A stretch of 64,000 nt of DNA from Camelus ferus (Eukaryota), in contig NC_045700.1 of the NCBI RefSeq assembly GCF_009834535.1, positions 29,264,001-29,328,000 of the forward strand. Direction: 5' to 3'. Every line of letters begins with the position of its first letter. Within the stretch, counting starts at the first letter, position 1. Positions 26,192 through 38,139 of the stretch are shown piece after piece. The position numbers and the translations under genes are program-made. The notes beneath the pieces are model-generated. The model was not told where the DNA came from. It saw nothing but the letters and a program-made list of their open reading frames with translations, and searched no databases.

Positions 26192-26400
26192 GGGAGGTGG
26201 GTATATCTCAGTGGTAGACTGCATGCTTAGCATGCAGAAGAAAGATGAAAGGAAGGAAGGAAGACAGGAAGGAAGGAAGAAAGAAACCTGATTCCCCTCC
26301 TCAAAAAAAAGAGTAAAAAGAAAGATAAGGTTAAAAACAGAAGGAAAAAAAAGAAAATCTTTTTAAAAATTTAAAACTAAAAGAAAAAAAAAATATATAT
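26192..26400 (+). mobile_element. Camelid tRNA-derived SINE (Vic-1-like), internally deleted, GGAA-expanded
   Basis: gggaggtgggtatatctcagtggtagactgcatgcttagcatgca, then (GGAA)n, aacctgattcccctcc and an A-rich tail. Confidence 0.85.
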
Positions 26401-26939
26401 ATATAAAATCTATAACAGCCTCTTCTTGAAGCCATTTACCTTATCCTCATTCAAGCTCCTAAATGCTCATCTGATTTTGAAATTCAGGAGCTTCCTGCAA
26501 GTCTGAGGTCAATGCTGATAAGGAAAGGACACATGTACAGAGTTGAGTCGGTTGCCCTGGTGTGCTTGCTGCATCAGTCAGTGATGGGTTTTGGTGACTG
26601 TGAATCAAGAGCAAAAGACACCTCTCAGTGGGAGAGCAAACTGTGGGCAGCAACAAGGCTCCTTCCACAGTTTTCTTTGGCATGTCCATTCTCACCAGTA
26701 AATCAGCCCAGGGTCAAATACTGGTTGGCAACAAAGACCCCAGCAAGCCTAATCCAGGACTGCTTAATGCAAGAGGCTGTGTACGGCTTTTTGTTCCAAA
26801 TAGCAATTCATTGGGATATTAATTTGCCTACTTTGGGAGCTTTGCTCTTCAATGTACATTAAGACTAAGAATGCATTGAAGTGATCAAAAATTTGCAAAA
26901 GAACCAAAATTAAACCCATCATTTAATTAGATTTTTTTG

Positions 26940-27275
26940 GATGGTTTTCATAAGTTTTTTAACTTTCTCTATTACTATCTTGATTTCTTTCTGGATTTTT
27001 TTTCTTTGCTATTTTTGTTGCCTTATAAATTGGCCCTATTTTACAATTGTTTAAAATGTATTTCTGGTGTATAAAATAGACTTGTGCACTTGGCGATATC
27101 CAGCCAATTGCCTTCATCGCAATTTTAGTAATTTATATTTAGTTTGCCTTGTATTTTCTATGTTAACAGTCGTATCATCTGCAAACAAGTGACAATTTTC
27201 CTCCTTTATAACTCTTACACATCTTTTTCTGATTTTACTGCAGTGATTGAAACGCGAATAAAACCTTGAATACGA
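26940..27275 (-). mobile_element. Old L1 ORF2 RT fragment
   Basis: ORF 27114-27341(-) IKEENCHLFADDTTVNIENTRQTKYKLLKL resembles [30 protein letters not shown]. Confidence 0.85.
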
Positions 27276-27794
27276 AAAAAAAAAAAAAGAGGTTGTGCAC
27301 GTACAGCAGAGCCAGGAGGCCTGGGTGGAAGCCGTCCCCAAATGCTTCCCCTGGAAGAGTCACATCACCCCAAGGTCTGATGACAGAAAGAAGTGTGACA
27401 AAGACTCTGAAGCCCATGGAGATTATGAAGCGGTGTCCGTATGTGATTTTTACGGTAATGGAGCTACTTCTCTGCTGCTGAGACTATGGAGAATCAAACT
27501 CTGCCCTCGGATGCCAAAGGTAAGGCTGCCAAGCCCTGGCAAGGCAGAAAGAGTAGTTACAAGAAAAGCCTGGTGGTGGGGTCCACTCCTGTGTGCGTCT
27601 GTGGCAGAAGGTGGAGGGCACATGGGTCATGTGTGGGTGCTGCTTGAGTGGGGAGACCTTTTCCATGGCACAAGGTTCTAGACGGGTTAGGATTAGGTAG
27701 ACTTGGTCAAAGCAGAATCATTGTTTGTTTGTTTTTATCAGACCTAATTTTATTGATTTAGTTAGTTGGGAGTTTTTTTGGTTTTTTATTAGGA

Positions 27795-28480
27795 CTATTT
27801 TTTTTAGAGCAGCTTTAGGTTTACAGCATTATTGAGGGGACAGTACAGAGATTTCCCATATACCCCTGCCCCCACTTATGCATAGCCCTCCATGGGCAAC
27901 ATCTCCAGAGTGGTGCACTGGTACAACTGATCAACCCACACTGACACGTCATTACCACCCAGAGTCCATAGTTTACATTAGGGTTCACTCTTGGTGCTGT
28001 GCATTTTATGGGTTTGGACAAATGTATAATGATGATAATATCCATCATTAGAATTTTAATGAATTAATATTAGAATATTCATCATTAGAATATCATACAT
28101 TTACTGCCCTAAAAATCCTCTGTGCTCTGCCTATTTATCCCTCCCCACCCCTGCTACCCCTGACAGCCACTGATCTTTCTACCATGTCCATAATTCTGCC
28201 TTTTCCAGAATGTCACATAGTTAGAGTCATACAGTCTATANNNNNNNNNNNNNNNNNNNNNNNNNNNNNNNNNNNNNNNNNNNNNNNNNNNNNNNNNNNN
28301 NNNNNNNNNNNNNNNNNNNNNNNNNNNNNNNNNNNNNNNNNNNNNNNNNNNNNNNNNNNNNNNNNNNNNNNNNNNGTCACCGACTGAAGGACATCTTGGT
28401 TGTTTCCAGGTTTTGGCAATTATGAGTAAAGCTGCTACAAATATGTGTGTGCAGATTTTTGTGTGGGAATCATAAGTTTT
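27795..28480 (-). mobile_element. L1MB (MB1-4-like) 3' end with N gap 28241-28375
   Basis: ttttttagagcagctttaggtttacag..gtacagagatttcccatatacccctgccccc..tccatagtttacattagggttcactcttggtgctgt; ORF IFVAALLIIAKTWKQPRCPSV on the minus strand. Confidence 0.92.
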
Positions 28481-30501
28481 TTTATTTTTTATTTTTATGA
28501 TATATGTTTCATTTTGTTTTGTACTGTGTAGTTTTCCGCTTTGCCCATGTTGCACATGGGCTTTCTTAATCTGTTTCTATGATTTTTTTTTAAACAGAAA
28601 AAAAAATTTTTCCCAGTTCACAATCAGAAATAGGTGGCTACCTTATCATTCCCAAATAAAGGTGAAAAATGAAAATAAATTATGACCTTCAGCTTCAGGC
28701 TCAAGTCAAAATGGTGCATTTGCTGTATGTTGCTGGTTCTCTTTAAATTGAAATATATTATGTGTAACAAGAGAAAAAAGATTAATAATAAAGCAGCAAG
28801 CAGCTAAAGGAAAGCCAAAATGACTTCTTTATTATGGTCTGTCAAAGTAGTAATTGATATAAAGTGTGGAAAGACCGCTAAGAATTTGAGAGAGAAACCA
28901 GGATAGATTTTAAGGTAGAATTAGAAGTGAGTGAAGAGAAACATTAGGCTTAAAACATTTCAAAAGGGCCGTTTGATTACTGTTGTTCTTTCACTGAGAT
29001 TTTCATTTTAACCATGAACTCTGTCTGTGCTTTTCTCGTGACTTTCTAATGTAATTCAGCCCTGAAATTATAAAGAGACGATTCCAGGCCATCCTCAGTG
29101 GTGCACTTTCTGGTTAACTTGACAAGTCTTTGCAGCCCCTCAGAGACTTTGGCATAATAGATGCTCAGTAAATGCTTCTTGGACAAATAACCATGTACAA
29201 ATGTACAAAGCAAGCATGGCGTCATTGACTGGCGCACAAGATGATTACTGGGGACTTGTCACGTCTTCCCACCACTTGCATTTCCTTTTCTATCACTGGC
29301 TCTCTCTCCCTCCCTCCCTTTCTTCTTCCCTCTCTTTTATTTCTTTATTTTTCTGCACAATTTCTTCAAGTGCCTTTTGTCCACTTGCCTATAATTTACT
29401 TCTTGGTCCCCCACACCCCAGTGGATATCATGCAGTGCTCCTGGTGATCACAGGGACGAAGAGGGTTGACCTGCTTGCTGGATGGGCCGCTCACAGTCAG
29501 AACTGGGGTGGCTGACAGTTCCCTGGCTGTGCTTCGCTGGAGTGAATTTTCTACAATCACTCCGTGACCTAGATATGGAATATGTTTGCCTCAATGTGTT
29601 CTGTAAACCATTTGAATAACTACCCACACTGAAATTCTGAAGAGATTATGAAAAGGGAAACAATATGGGGCAAAATAACACATTTTACAGAGGGTAAGAT
29701 TCTGTTAATGTCACCGTGTAATCTATTCATTGTGTTATGGTCCTGTGTTCTCTAAGGAGTGTCTGAAATCTGTGAGATATTTTTATATCACAATTTACAT
29801 TGGTCTCTGAAAATCCCTCTGAAGACATTAGTTACAAAATAGATCAAGGTCTCCCCACGATTTCATTCTCCTGCAGCAAGTGCCCTAGGAGATTACATTT
29901 CTCTGGCTGGAGTCTCTGAAATCCTGAGATTAACATTCTCCTGAGAGGGCACACCAGCATCCTTGGAGAGCTTGGTCTATGCATTTTGAATTTCAAAGGG
30001 CAGGAAAAATAGCTAATAATTTACTATGAAGCTCACAAGCAGAATCTACCCCCAAATAGCTTCTTTCTTACAGGTTCTTTCTGTCTCCTTCTCTTCCTGC
30101 CACCTTCAGAATGACGTGGCCTCCGCTGGTTCCTCAGATGGTCTATGAGTGCGAGACCCTTAAGCTTTGAGAACTTAACTTCCCAACCTGCCCACTGTCC
30201 CTCCTTTACTGCATACACCTCTCCCCTGACTTTTGTTTCTTGGCATTAATTAGCCATAATGTGAACTGAAGTCCCATTTTTTTTTACAAGAGAATCTATA
30301 TACATTCTCCTTCATTTGAAATGCAGTTGAATTGGATATTTTATATTTCCCTTTCTCAAAACCAACAAACAAACTCAAGCTAATATTTACTCACATTGAG
30401 AATTCAGTTTATAACTGTTCCAAGATTATATCTCACTGTTCCTCTCACAACTGCAATGGGTAATTCTAGGTAGAAAAAAAAAGTAATACAGTATACCCTA
30501 A

Positions 30502-30600
30502 CCACTGCTGTTCAATGTAACTTTCTGTGATGATAAAAATGTGTTATATCTGCACTGCCCAATTCAGTAGTCACTAGCCACATGCACCTAATGACCACAC
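30502..30600. mobile_element. MER3-like hAT-Charlie fragment
   Basis: ctgctgttcaatgtaactttctgtgatgataaaaatgtgttatatctgcactgcccaattcagtagtcactagccacatg. Confidence 0.8.
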
Positions 30601-31403
30601 ATACGAACTTTTGGTTTTGTCTTCGTTTTTTCCCTTGTTAAACAAAATGCTAATAAAGATGAAAGGACATATTTCTGGATAGAAGAAAAAAATATTAGTA
30701 AACCTACTTTCCAGTGGCACCCAGTGCAATGGGAAAGTCTGAAAACTGATATTTTTCAGTAAGGGATTTCTACTAGGACTTGATAAATAAAGAAATAGAA
30801 ATTGGCAGAAAATAGATGAGTAACAAACTGAGTTTTCACAGAGCTCAGAGTCTACCTATCAGTTGGTTTTGATGAATAATTTAAAAAATTCAGTCAAAGC
30901 GCGATAATTTATGTTCAACTGTTATTTTGATCAATTTAACCAAGTCAACTTGCATATGTAAAACCAAATTTAGGAGCTGCAGAAATCATATTAGTTTTGT
31001 AAAAAATAATAATGCATTGTAGAGCTATTTGGTAAGTACAATTTGCCATAATGCAATGCATGTCTGAGACTCACTAAGAACTCACAGAGATGTCAGTACT
31101 GTGTAATTTGTCCACGCGTAAATCTGAGTCCAATCTAAGTACAAAGGTATTTCTGACAGATTTCTTGGATTCGATTTACCCCCACCGAGCATGTAGTATT
31201 AAAATCTCAGTGGCATGCTTTATGAAACAGAAGACTGAAGATGGGTAGGCTCATGGTGTCCATAAAGTCATACTTTTTGAGCAGAGTATCTCTCAAACTT
31301 AACACTCAGACTCCTCCAAGTAACAATGGGAAATCGAAATTGAAACCCTTGATGGAGCAGACATTTGATGAGCTTACCTACAAGCTCTGTCTGGTTTTGC
31401 TCG

Positions 31404-31430
31404 TGAGATGACTGAGATGACTGAGATGAC
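31404..31430. repeat. Perfect 9-bp tandem repeat (TGAGATGAC)x3
   Basis: Read directly from the sequence. Confidence 0.9.
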
Positions 31431-33100
31431 CGTGGGCACAGTGAAGAGAGACGGAGTGAGACTAGCTAGACCTGCTGGGGGAGCAGGGTAGGGCGGGGGC
31501 AAGCCATCCACCTTCCCGGTACTCAGTTTCCTCATTTGGAAAATAAAAAGTAAATGAAATTAGCAGTCCATGGATTTTTATATTTCATTACCCAGTAACA
31601 GTTCAAATATATATTTGCCAACTTTTGGTTTTGCCAAATAGGGACATTAAAAAGTGCCATCTACTGTCACCATGATTTCATAAAGGGTAGGAAAGCTGAC
31701 CACCAAACAAAAGTTATTAAACCTAGCTTAATGAGAATCTCTCCATGTAGTTACCATTTGTCTTAGACTTTAGTCTTGACCAGTATGAGTCTTTAGAACA
31801 GATTTGGGAACCCTTAGATCTTCACAGCCCTGATATTTTTTTCACTTATTGACCAAAAATAACTGATAGACCTGGTGTCTGAACTCTGCATTACCCAGAG
31901 TTTACTACTCCCCTGCTTCCTGCCTTTTACTATTTCCATATTCATCAAGCTCTAATAGAAATTTCGTATTGAGAAATCCCAGTCTCTAAACTTCCCTTCC
32001 TATTGCATTGGGTATCACTGATAGGTCAATTTACTATTTTTTAAAAATCTACCCCCATTCTTTTTTATTTACTAAACTTTTATTTGATTACAGCAAAGAA
32101 AAAAAAAAAAAAGCACCTCATTCCAAGTGTTTAGTTGTCCCACGTGAGTAGCAGCTGCTGGGTGAGACAGTGCAGAGTTATAGGACAGAAGGGTCTTTGA
32201 GGCGACAGGGTTAATCTAACAATCTATACACCAGAATATGAGTTTTTCTTTTTCTACCTAGAATTACTGACTGGGAAGTGTCCAAGGAAGGTGAGGACTG
32301 AAGCTGGGGACAGTTATCAACTGAATTCCCCACATAAGTCAAAAGTAGCTAGATTTTGTCTGGGGAATTTTCTGAACCTAGATCTTTATGCCCCCACTTA
32401 GCTTTGACATTCTTTCTGCTTATGCAATAGAGTAAAGCCAAACATATTTTACGATTGTGGTTTCCTGAAATCCAGATTCAGATTCAGTTTCAGGTTCCAG
32501 CATTTTATGGGAGTGAAAGATCTTTGGAAATAGCGGCTCTGTTTGGAATACCCTGCTTTCCCCTTTCCAGCTGTTCTCCCCTGCTCGCTCCCCTCCCAGT
32601 CTCCATTGAGTCCATCTGACACATGAGCCCGAGCTGCCCAATGGATTCAAATAAGCTCCATCTGCTCCCTACCTTATCTCTATTTAAATCAAGCTAAGTA
32701 AACACTTTTCCTGGGAGAACTGGGCACAGTTCTGTAGTGGACTTGAATGGAAACATCACCACTCACATCTTCTACAGCATTTGTTTCTGGAGTTTGTTAT
32801 TCTTTAAGGTCTTTCAGAGCATGCTGTAATTAGCCCCCAAGGCTTTGGCTTATTTTTAAAATGATTATCTCCCCAATTGAGAAAAAGAAAGGCAAAGCTT
32901 GTGGTTCCTTGGTTAATTTAGTCAGTAGAGTCAGCCACAACAGATAATGAATGACTCTGTTAAGCTACCTGCATTGATCTCATCCATCAGAGAGCAGGCA
33001 CTTCATCTAGCGCTGTCTAGAAAGAGGATGTCTGCATCTCTATTACCTTCCTTTCCTTCCTGTCCCTCACCCTTGGCCCCAATTCCCCCTAAAAAACTCA

Positions 33101-33115
33101 GGGAAAGTGAAACTA
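33101..33115 (+). promoter_or_regulatory. Consensus ISRE/IRF motif GGGAAAGTGAAACTA
   Basis: Matches GAAANNGAAACT in sequence with no recognisable TE; function untested. Confidence 0.35.
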
Positions 33116-33639
33116 ATGTCAATGGCTGTTTTAATGGTCCATCTGAAACCCGCCGCTCTTTCCCTAGAAATTGTGCAGTGCTCGGCCATTTCTAGATGGA
33201 TGGGAGGGAGATGTGTCCAATCAAAATTGAAGAGTATTTTAGCTATTTTCAAGAAACAACTAAGGACTAAAACCTAATGGATCTTGAATTTCAATTTTTA
33301 GCATATTTATTAATAACAAAAATGTTTGCCAGAAGGTCATGCATACATACGTGTATGTGTGTGTGCACGCGTGCCTTATTTTTCTGCACAGATTATTCAT
33401 GGTAGCTTCTTCAGGGAAGACAGTCAGTTTTAGTGGTTACAGTGGAATGTCATGAGAGGTTCTTTTTTTTTAACTTTTAAACAAAAGCCCCAAATTGTAT
33501 ATCATCAAAAAACCATAGATGAGTTTTGCTTCTTACTTGTTGTTTTCTTGAGAGTCCAGGTTTCCTTAATGCCCACCCAGATTCTGCCTGGTCTCAAAGT
33601 TTCATTGCTTAGTTCTGCTCTGGACACATGTGATGTGAT

Positions 33640-34992
33640 GTTCCCATGGCCTAAGCCCCTCAGGGCACTGCCACCTGGTCCTATTTCTGGGGTCCTATTA
33701 TCCTCATTGCTGTCAGGAAGCCAAGTTCTATAAGAGCATCTTCTACCGTCAGTCTAGATCGAGAGAGGTTAACCACCACTGACCATCACAGGGACCCTGG
33801 TGCCACTCTTACAAATGCATTTTTGTCACTTTGGTAAATGGAGTATCGTCTAGGCCAGCTCACTGAATAGCACTGGCTGTTGGGCTTTCCAGCCTCATCT
33901 ACTAGCACGCTGCTCTTCTGAGCCTTTTAGTACCTCTTTCATGGTCAGTCATGGCAGTTCTGGCATTGCTACCTCGCTAAGCATGGGCCATCACTTTCTC
34001 CTAGCTTCCAAGAGCTAGCCTGTGTGCGCTTTTGTGTAGGCGCTTGGGGTCCTTACCAGGGTCTTAAGTCCTATATCACAGGACAGTGCTACTATACTGA
34101 CAGAGTTTTCCTGTTATAACTCTATGTTCTGCCCGCCTCAGTCAGCATCTACAGTCCCTTACACACACCACTCCCTAGATGCTGCAGCTTCTCTGTGTTA
34201 TAGTCCCCCTCCTCTCTCAGCAGACTCAGGGCTTCCTCACCTATCTTACGTTTTGATTTAGCCAGTTATTCTCTGTCCAGGAAGAGAGGTGGGAGTCCAT
34301 CCTGAAGGGGGTTCATATTGTCTTAGAAGGCAGAACCCTCACCATCATCTGTAAGCGAAGAGAAGGGAGAGCCAGGCTTTCCTAGGGAGAGGGGGTCCAC
34401 TTCTGTGGAACCAACAGATATACAGTGATCTGGGGATGCAAGATTTTTTAATACATTGACCCAGGTGTTGCCATCCCAGTTTCAGGGTCCCGCTCTTTTC
34501 TGATTAACACCCTGAACTTGGTTTAGCCAAATTGCTGAGACTGAGAATTTAACCTTCTCTAAAAATCTGCTACGCTTACCTTTCAGTTGTGGACCTGATC
34601 TTCGCCTGTCTCTGCTTTCTGGTTGCAGGTGAGAGTTTTTTTATTTGCTGACAAGACCCTTGTGCCTTTACACTTCACCTTGAATTGCTGATTTGTCATT
34701 CTCAGCCCATGATTGTCTTTCTCCAGGGCACTGTTGCCCCTAGCAACAGTCCTCTAATTCAATTGTTTAATAACCACTTCCCCAAACTGCTCCAAGGCCA
34801 GGGACAGCGCCCCGTCCACTGTGATCCCGTTCCAGCTCAGGAGCTGTGAGGGTCGGAACAGTGGCACCACTGCCGCATGCTAGGGCTATCACCAGCGCAC
34901 TCACTACCCAAGTGACGGTGTATATATTGCCAGTCATCCAGTTCCAATATGCCATTTTAGTGTCTGCTTCCTAGTTTGCATCCCTGCTACCC
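33640..34992 (-). mobile_element. ERVL (HERV16-like) internal region with degenerate gag
   Basis: Minus-strand peptides CNQKAETGEDQVHN*KVSVADF*RRLNSQ, VLIRKERDPET, FTKVT/NAFVRVAPGSL and LTVEDALIELGFLTAMRIIGPQ match ERVL gag motifs; contains stops and frameshifts. Confidence 0.85.
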
Positions 34993-35402
34993 TGTTGCAT
35001 ATCAGATTATCTGGCAAACAGACTCTTTTATAAAGGTTCGCATTCAGCAAGTTCACTGGGGATCCCTCTCAGGAGCAAACCTGTGGATGACTGAAGTAAG
35101 ACTAGACAGAGGGGGCAAGTGAATTGTGCTACACTCACTTCATGAGCCTCAGATGACCCCACAGTTAGCGCTAGAGCTGGGAGAGTTCTTTGTATTTGCC
35201 CCACCTTAAGCCAAGAGAGCAGTGGCCTTACACTCTTAGTTCAGTCGGCTGCTCCTGGGAAGTGTGCTTTGACTGTGGGCGAGGAAGCCCTCTTTAGCAG
35301 AGAGCAATTCTGGGTAAGCAAGCATCCAACACTCCCAGCAGCTGGTAGAAGGAAGGACAGTCCTGAAGGGGACTCTGGGCAGCACGCGACATCATCCACT
35401 TG
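34993..35402 (-). mobile_element. LTR16-family 5' LTR of the ERVL remnant
   Basis: ctcaggagcaaacctgtg..gagctggga..ccaacactcccagcagctgg..cagtcctgaaggggactctgggcagcac..catccact; directly abuts the internal leader (aggaagcagacactaaaatgg). Confidence 0.8.
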
Positions 35403-35539
35403 TGGGTTCCTTTAGGTCGCTTCTAGATTCCATTAGGTAGGCGGTATGTTTCATCCATATCTGTAAAACCACCTCCTAGCATGGTGCCTAGTAGTATGTA
35501 GATCCTAGCATGCTGCCTTGGCAGTAAGTATAAAATAAA

Positions 35540-36430
35540 TGTGATGGACTCAGTGAATGCAGCTGGGATGGTGAGGGAAGGAAATCAACTAGAATATGCA
35601 AATAAAGTTTAGAGAGTTAGACATGTTGGGTTTGAGAGGCCACTGGGATTTTTTTTGCTGGTGTAGATGTCCAATGAACATTTGGATAAATAAATCCAGA
35701 GTAGAGGTGAGGATCAAAGCAGTAATTTGGGAGTTATCAGAACATAAATGTCATTAAAGCTCTTCTTCCTTACTAACTGAACTCTAACTTCAAAAGTAAA
35801 ACAAACTTTATTTCCCAGTGTTTTTTGCAAATGGGTATAGCTATGTGACAGGGTTTTGGCTAATGAAAATGAAGTTCATGTTGTTGAGTGGAGACTCCTT
35901 AAATATTTCTCAGAAGGGAGACAGAGTCTACTAGCTCTGGTCCTTTTCCTGTTCTCCTAGTGCTTGACTAGCAGCAGATTTTACTGTTGGAGCTGTGGCA
36001 GCCACGGTGTGACTGACCGTGAGAGAAAGGCCAACAGACAGGGGCCCTAAAGTTGCTGAGTTACCATGCCCACTTAGGAGAACCTACCTGTCATATGAAA
36101 GAAAAAGAAACTCCTGTCTCGTGCACACCTCTCTTTCTCATTCTCTTATGTGCCAAATGCAATCTATAACTGACAATGACCTTGGATGAGATGTCCCCAG
36201 GAAGAACTTAGAGTGGGAAGAGCAGGTGCAGTCAGAAACTCTGGAGATCACAAATGTTCACAAAGGGAGTAAAAAGAAGCACAGGCTGTGAAGAAGACCA
36301 AGGAGATAACAGAAATTATAGAAATGATAGAGACAGAGGCCTTGCAGAGAGTGAAATCACCAAGGAAAAAGAAGTAATCAACATTTGAAATGCAGCAGAG
36401 CAGACCAATAAGAGTTAAGAGGTATCCAAT
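35540..36430 (-). mobile_element. L2 fragments (35540-35760, 36180-36430) split by an MLT1
   Basis: gacatgttgggtttgagaggccactgg..gatgtccaatgaacatttggata..ttgggagttatcag; ggatgagatgtccccagg..tcaacatttgaaatgcagcagag. Confidence 0.65.
35770..36176 (+). mobile_element. MLT1J/K/L-like LTR
   Basis: tttcccagt..gcaaatgggtatagctatgtgacagggttttggctaatga..tggagctgtggcagcca..gccaaatgcaatctataactgaca. Confidence 0.7.
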
Positions 36431-36524
36431 GATTTGGAATTTAACTCTATGTAGTTTAGTGTTCCAACAAAGGAGGCAATTGATAAATTCTCACTGCTGT
36501 TGACTGATACTAAATTGATTACAG

Positions 36525-36620
36525 TGATTCATTCATTCAACAAATAATTATTGAGCACCAAGCAAGTACAAGGCACCGTATGTACAATGATAGTCAAAAC
36601 AGACTGAGAGCCTAGGGTCT
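36525..36620 (-). mobile_element. L2 3' terminus
   Basis: tcattcattcaacaaataattattgagcacc. Confidence 0.85.
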
Positions 36621-37212
36621 CATAATTTAAAAGGATGCTTCCCACTGGCTAATCATGAAAATGTGAACATTTATTACTTTGGGTTATTGAAATGCCTGAT
36701 TAAAATTCTGTCATGAAATCCTTTAAACAAGGACCATTATATAGCCTACCTTACACAAATACTTAGTCGTAGTCTTATTATAATCTCAGAAACCCAAATC
36801 TCTAAACCGCATTACAGATGCTGAAAGCAATCATAGGGTAGAACTTATGGGTGTATCTTGGGGAGAGAACTATAAAGTTAGATGATCGTATGTCAGCTAC
36901 CCCTACTCAACCAGATGTGATTGAGCTGGTGCTATTCCATCCATGTTGTGTGAATAACTAAAATGTTAGAGAGGAGGACTTGAATCAAATAATATATCTA
37001 CATGTGTAGGTAACAGCAACAGAGGAATACCTCAAAAGTGTTTTTGAAATGAAATGAAGCAAGCTATCATTAAGATGCATGTGAAACCTTTTCATTGTTT
37101 TTTCATTGTCATTTTTTCATCTATCATGTAAATAGATAATTTGCAGGTTTGAAAAATCCAAATGCATAGCCAGCGGCACATCACAATAGGCTAGACAATT
37201 GTTGCAATTCAC

Positions 37213-37377
37213 CTGTGGTTCACGATAAAAAATCTCTTCACGGAGTAGGTGTAGTCGCCGCATCTCATTATAATGTGTATGCCAAAGACATATCCTACTT
37301 CAGGGGCTCGCGGTGCTGGGCTTGAACATTTTGATGCAGCGAATGGATTCCCATTCTTCCTCTGGGCCACTCCAGCT
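37213..37377 (-). CDS. Candidate internal coding exon of an unidentified gene (phase 2-2, 165 nt): AGVAQRKNGNPFAASKCSSPAPRAPEVGYVFGIHIIMRCGDYTYSVKRFFIVNH
   Basis: Donor CAG|GTGAAT, acceptor cttgtag|; length divisible by 3; open frame; 7 CpGs, 5 of them across codon positions 3-1; C/G-ending codons in the 3' half. Protein not recognised and acceptor uncertain. Confidence 0.35.
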
Positions 37378-38139
37378 CTACAAGTCAGCAACACTGTTGA
37401 TTCAGAGGCAGTTACAAAGCCAGTCAAAAGCAACAACAGGAACTGGTCGTTACAGGAAGGGAAATGAAAGGGATTGGAAAAATAAAAGACATGGGCCAGA
37501 AAATATACATTATTTCACACTGGACTTGCCAGATATAGATCGAAGTGGGCACGAGGAGGGGGCATGACAAAGAAAGATAAGCAGATTTCAGCTACTCATA
37601 AGTACCTGTTTGAGACAGATGAGTGAGAATTCTATCTGTTAGAATCACTACGGTTTCAAATGCTAACCCTTCCAACTCAACAGGAGCTTTCCCAGAGGGC
37701 TGCACAGAATATAAATGTGTTTCACAAGTTTTGAAACTCCATTACCTCAAGGTATTTTGTTGTTGTTGTTTTTGAGATGTCTGGAAAGCACAAAGTCAAG
37801 GAAAATTATGGTAAAATAACCTTGCTAACCACCATCAACCCTTTAGAAATATTTCATTTGGTATCTAAATGGAAATTTTATTGAGCATTGACTATAGGGA
37901 AAATAGTGAGAAATGCTCAGAGAAGAATGGATAAAATGCAGTCATAATTTGGTCTGACATATTTAGCCCAAATTAATGACTGATACTTAGCATATATACT
38001 ACATAATGATATGCTTATTTATAAGTGACAAATGTCAAAACAGATTAACTCAAATTTCCTTTTAAAATATATATTTCCTTAACATATTTATCAAAAAGTT
38101 TCCTTTAAGAAGAGAAAATTGGTGAAATATCTGTCTTTA

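Noticed and set aside
27250-27290. AATAAA followed 12 nt later by A14, resembling the 3' end of a processed pseudogene
   Set aside because: The sequence aligns as the continuation of the antisense L1 RT fragment (..agtacaatgttgaatag..), and there is no TSD
1606-28555. Long ORFs spanning N runs (e.g. 24226-24972, 24116-24652, 17861-18334, 28154-28555)
   Set aside because: Their length is an artefact of X residues across gaps; the flanks are mostly TE sequence
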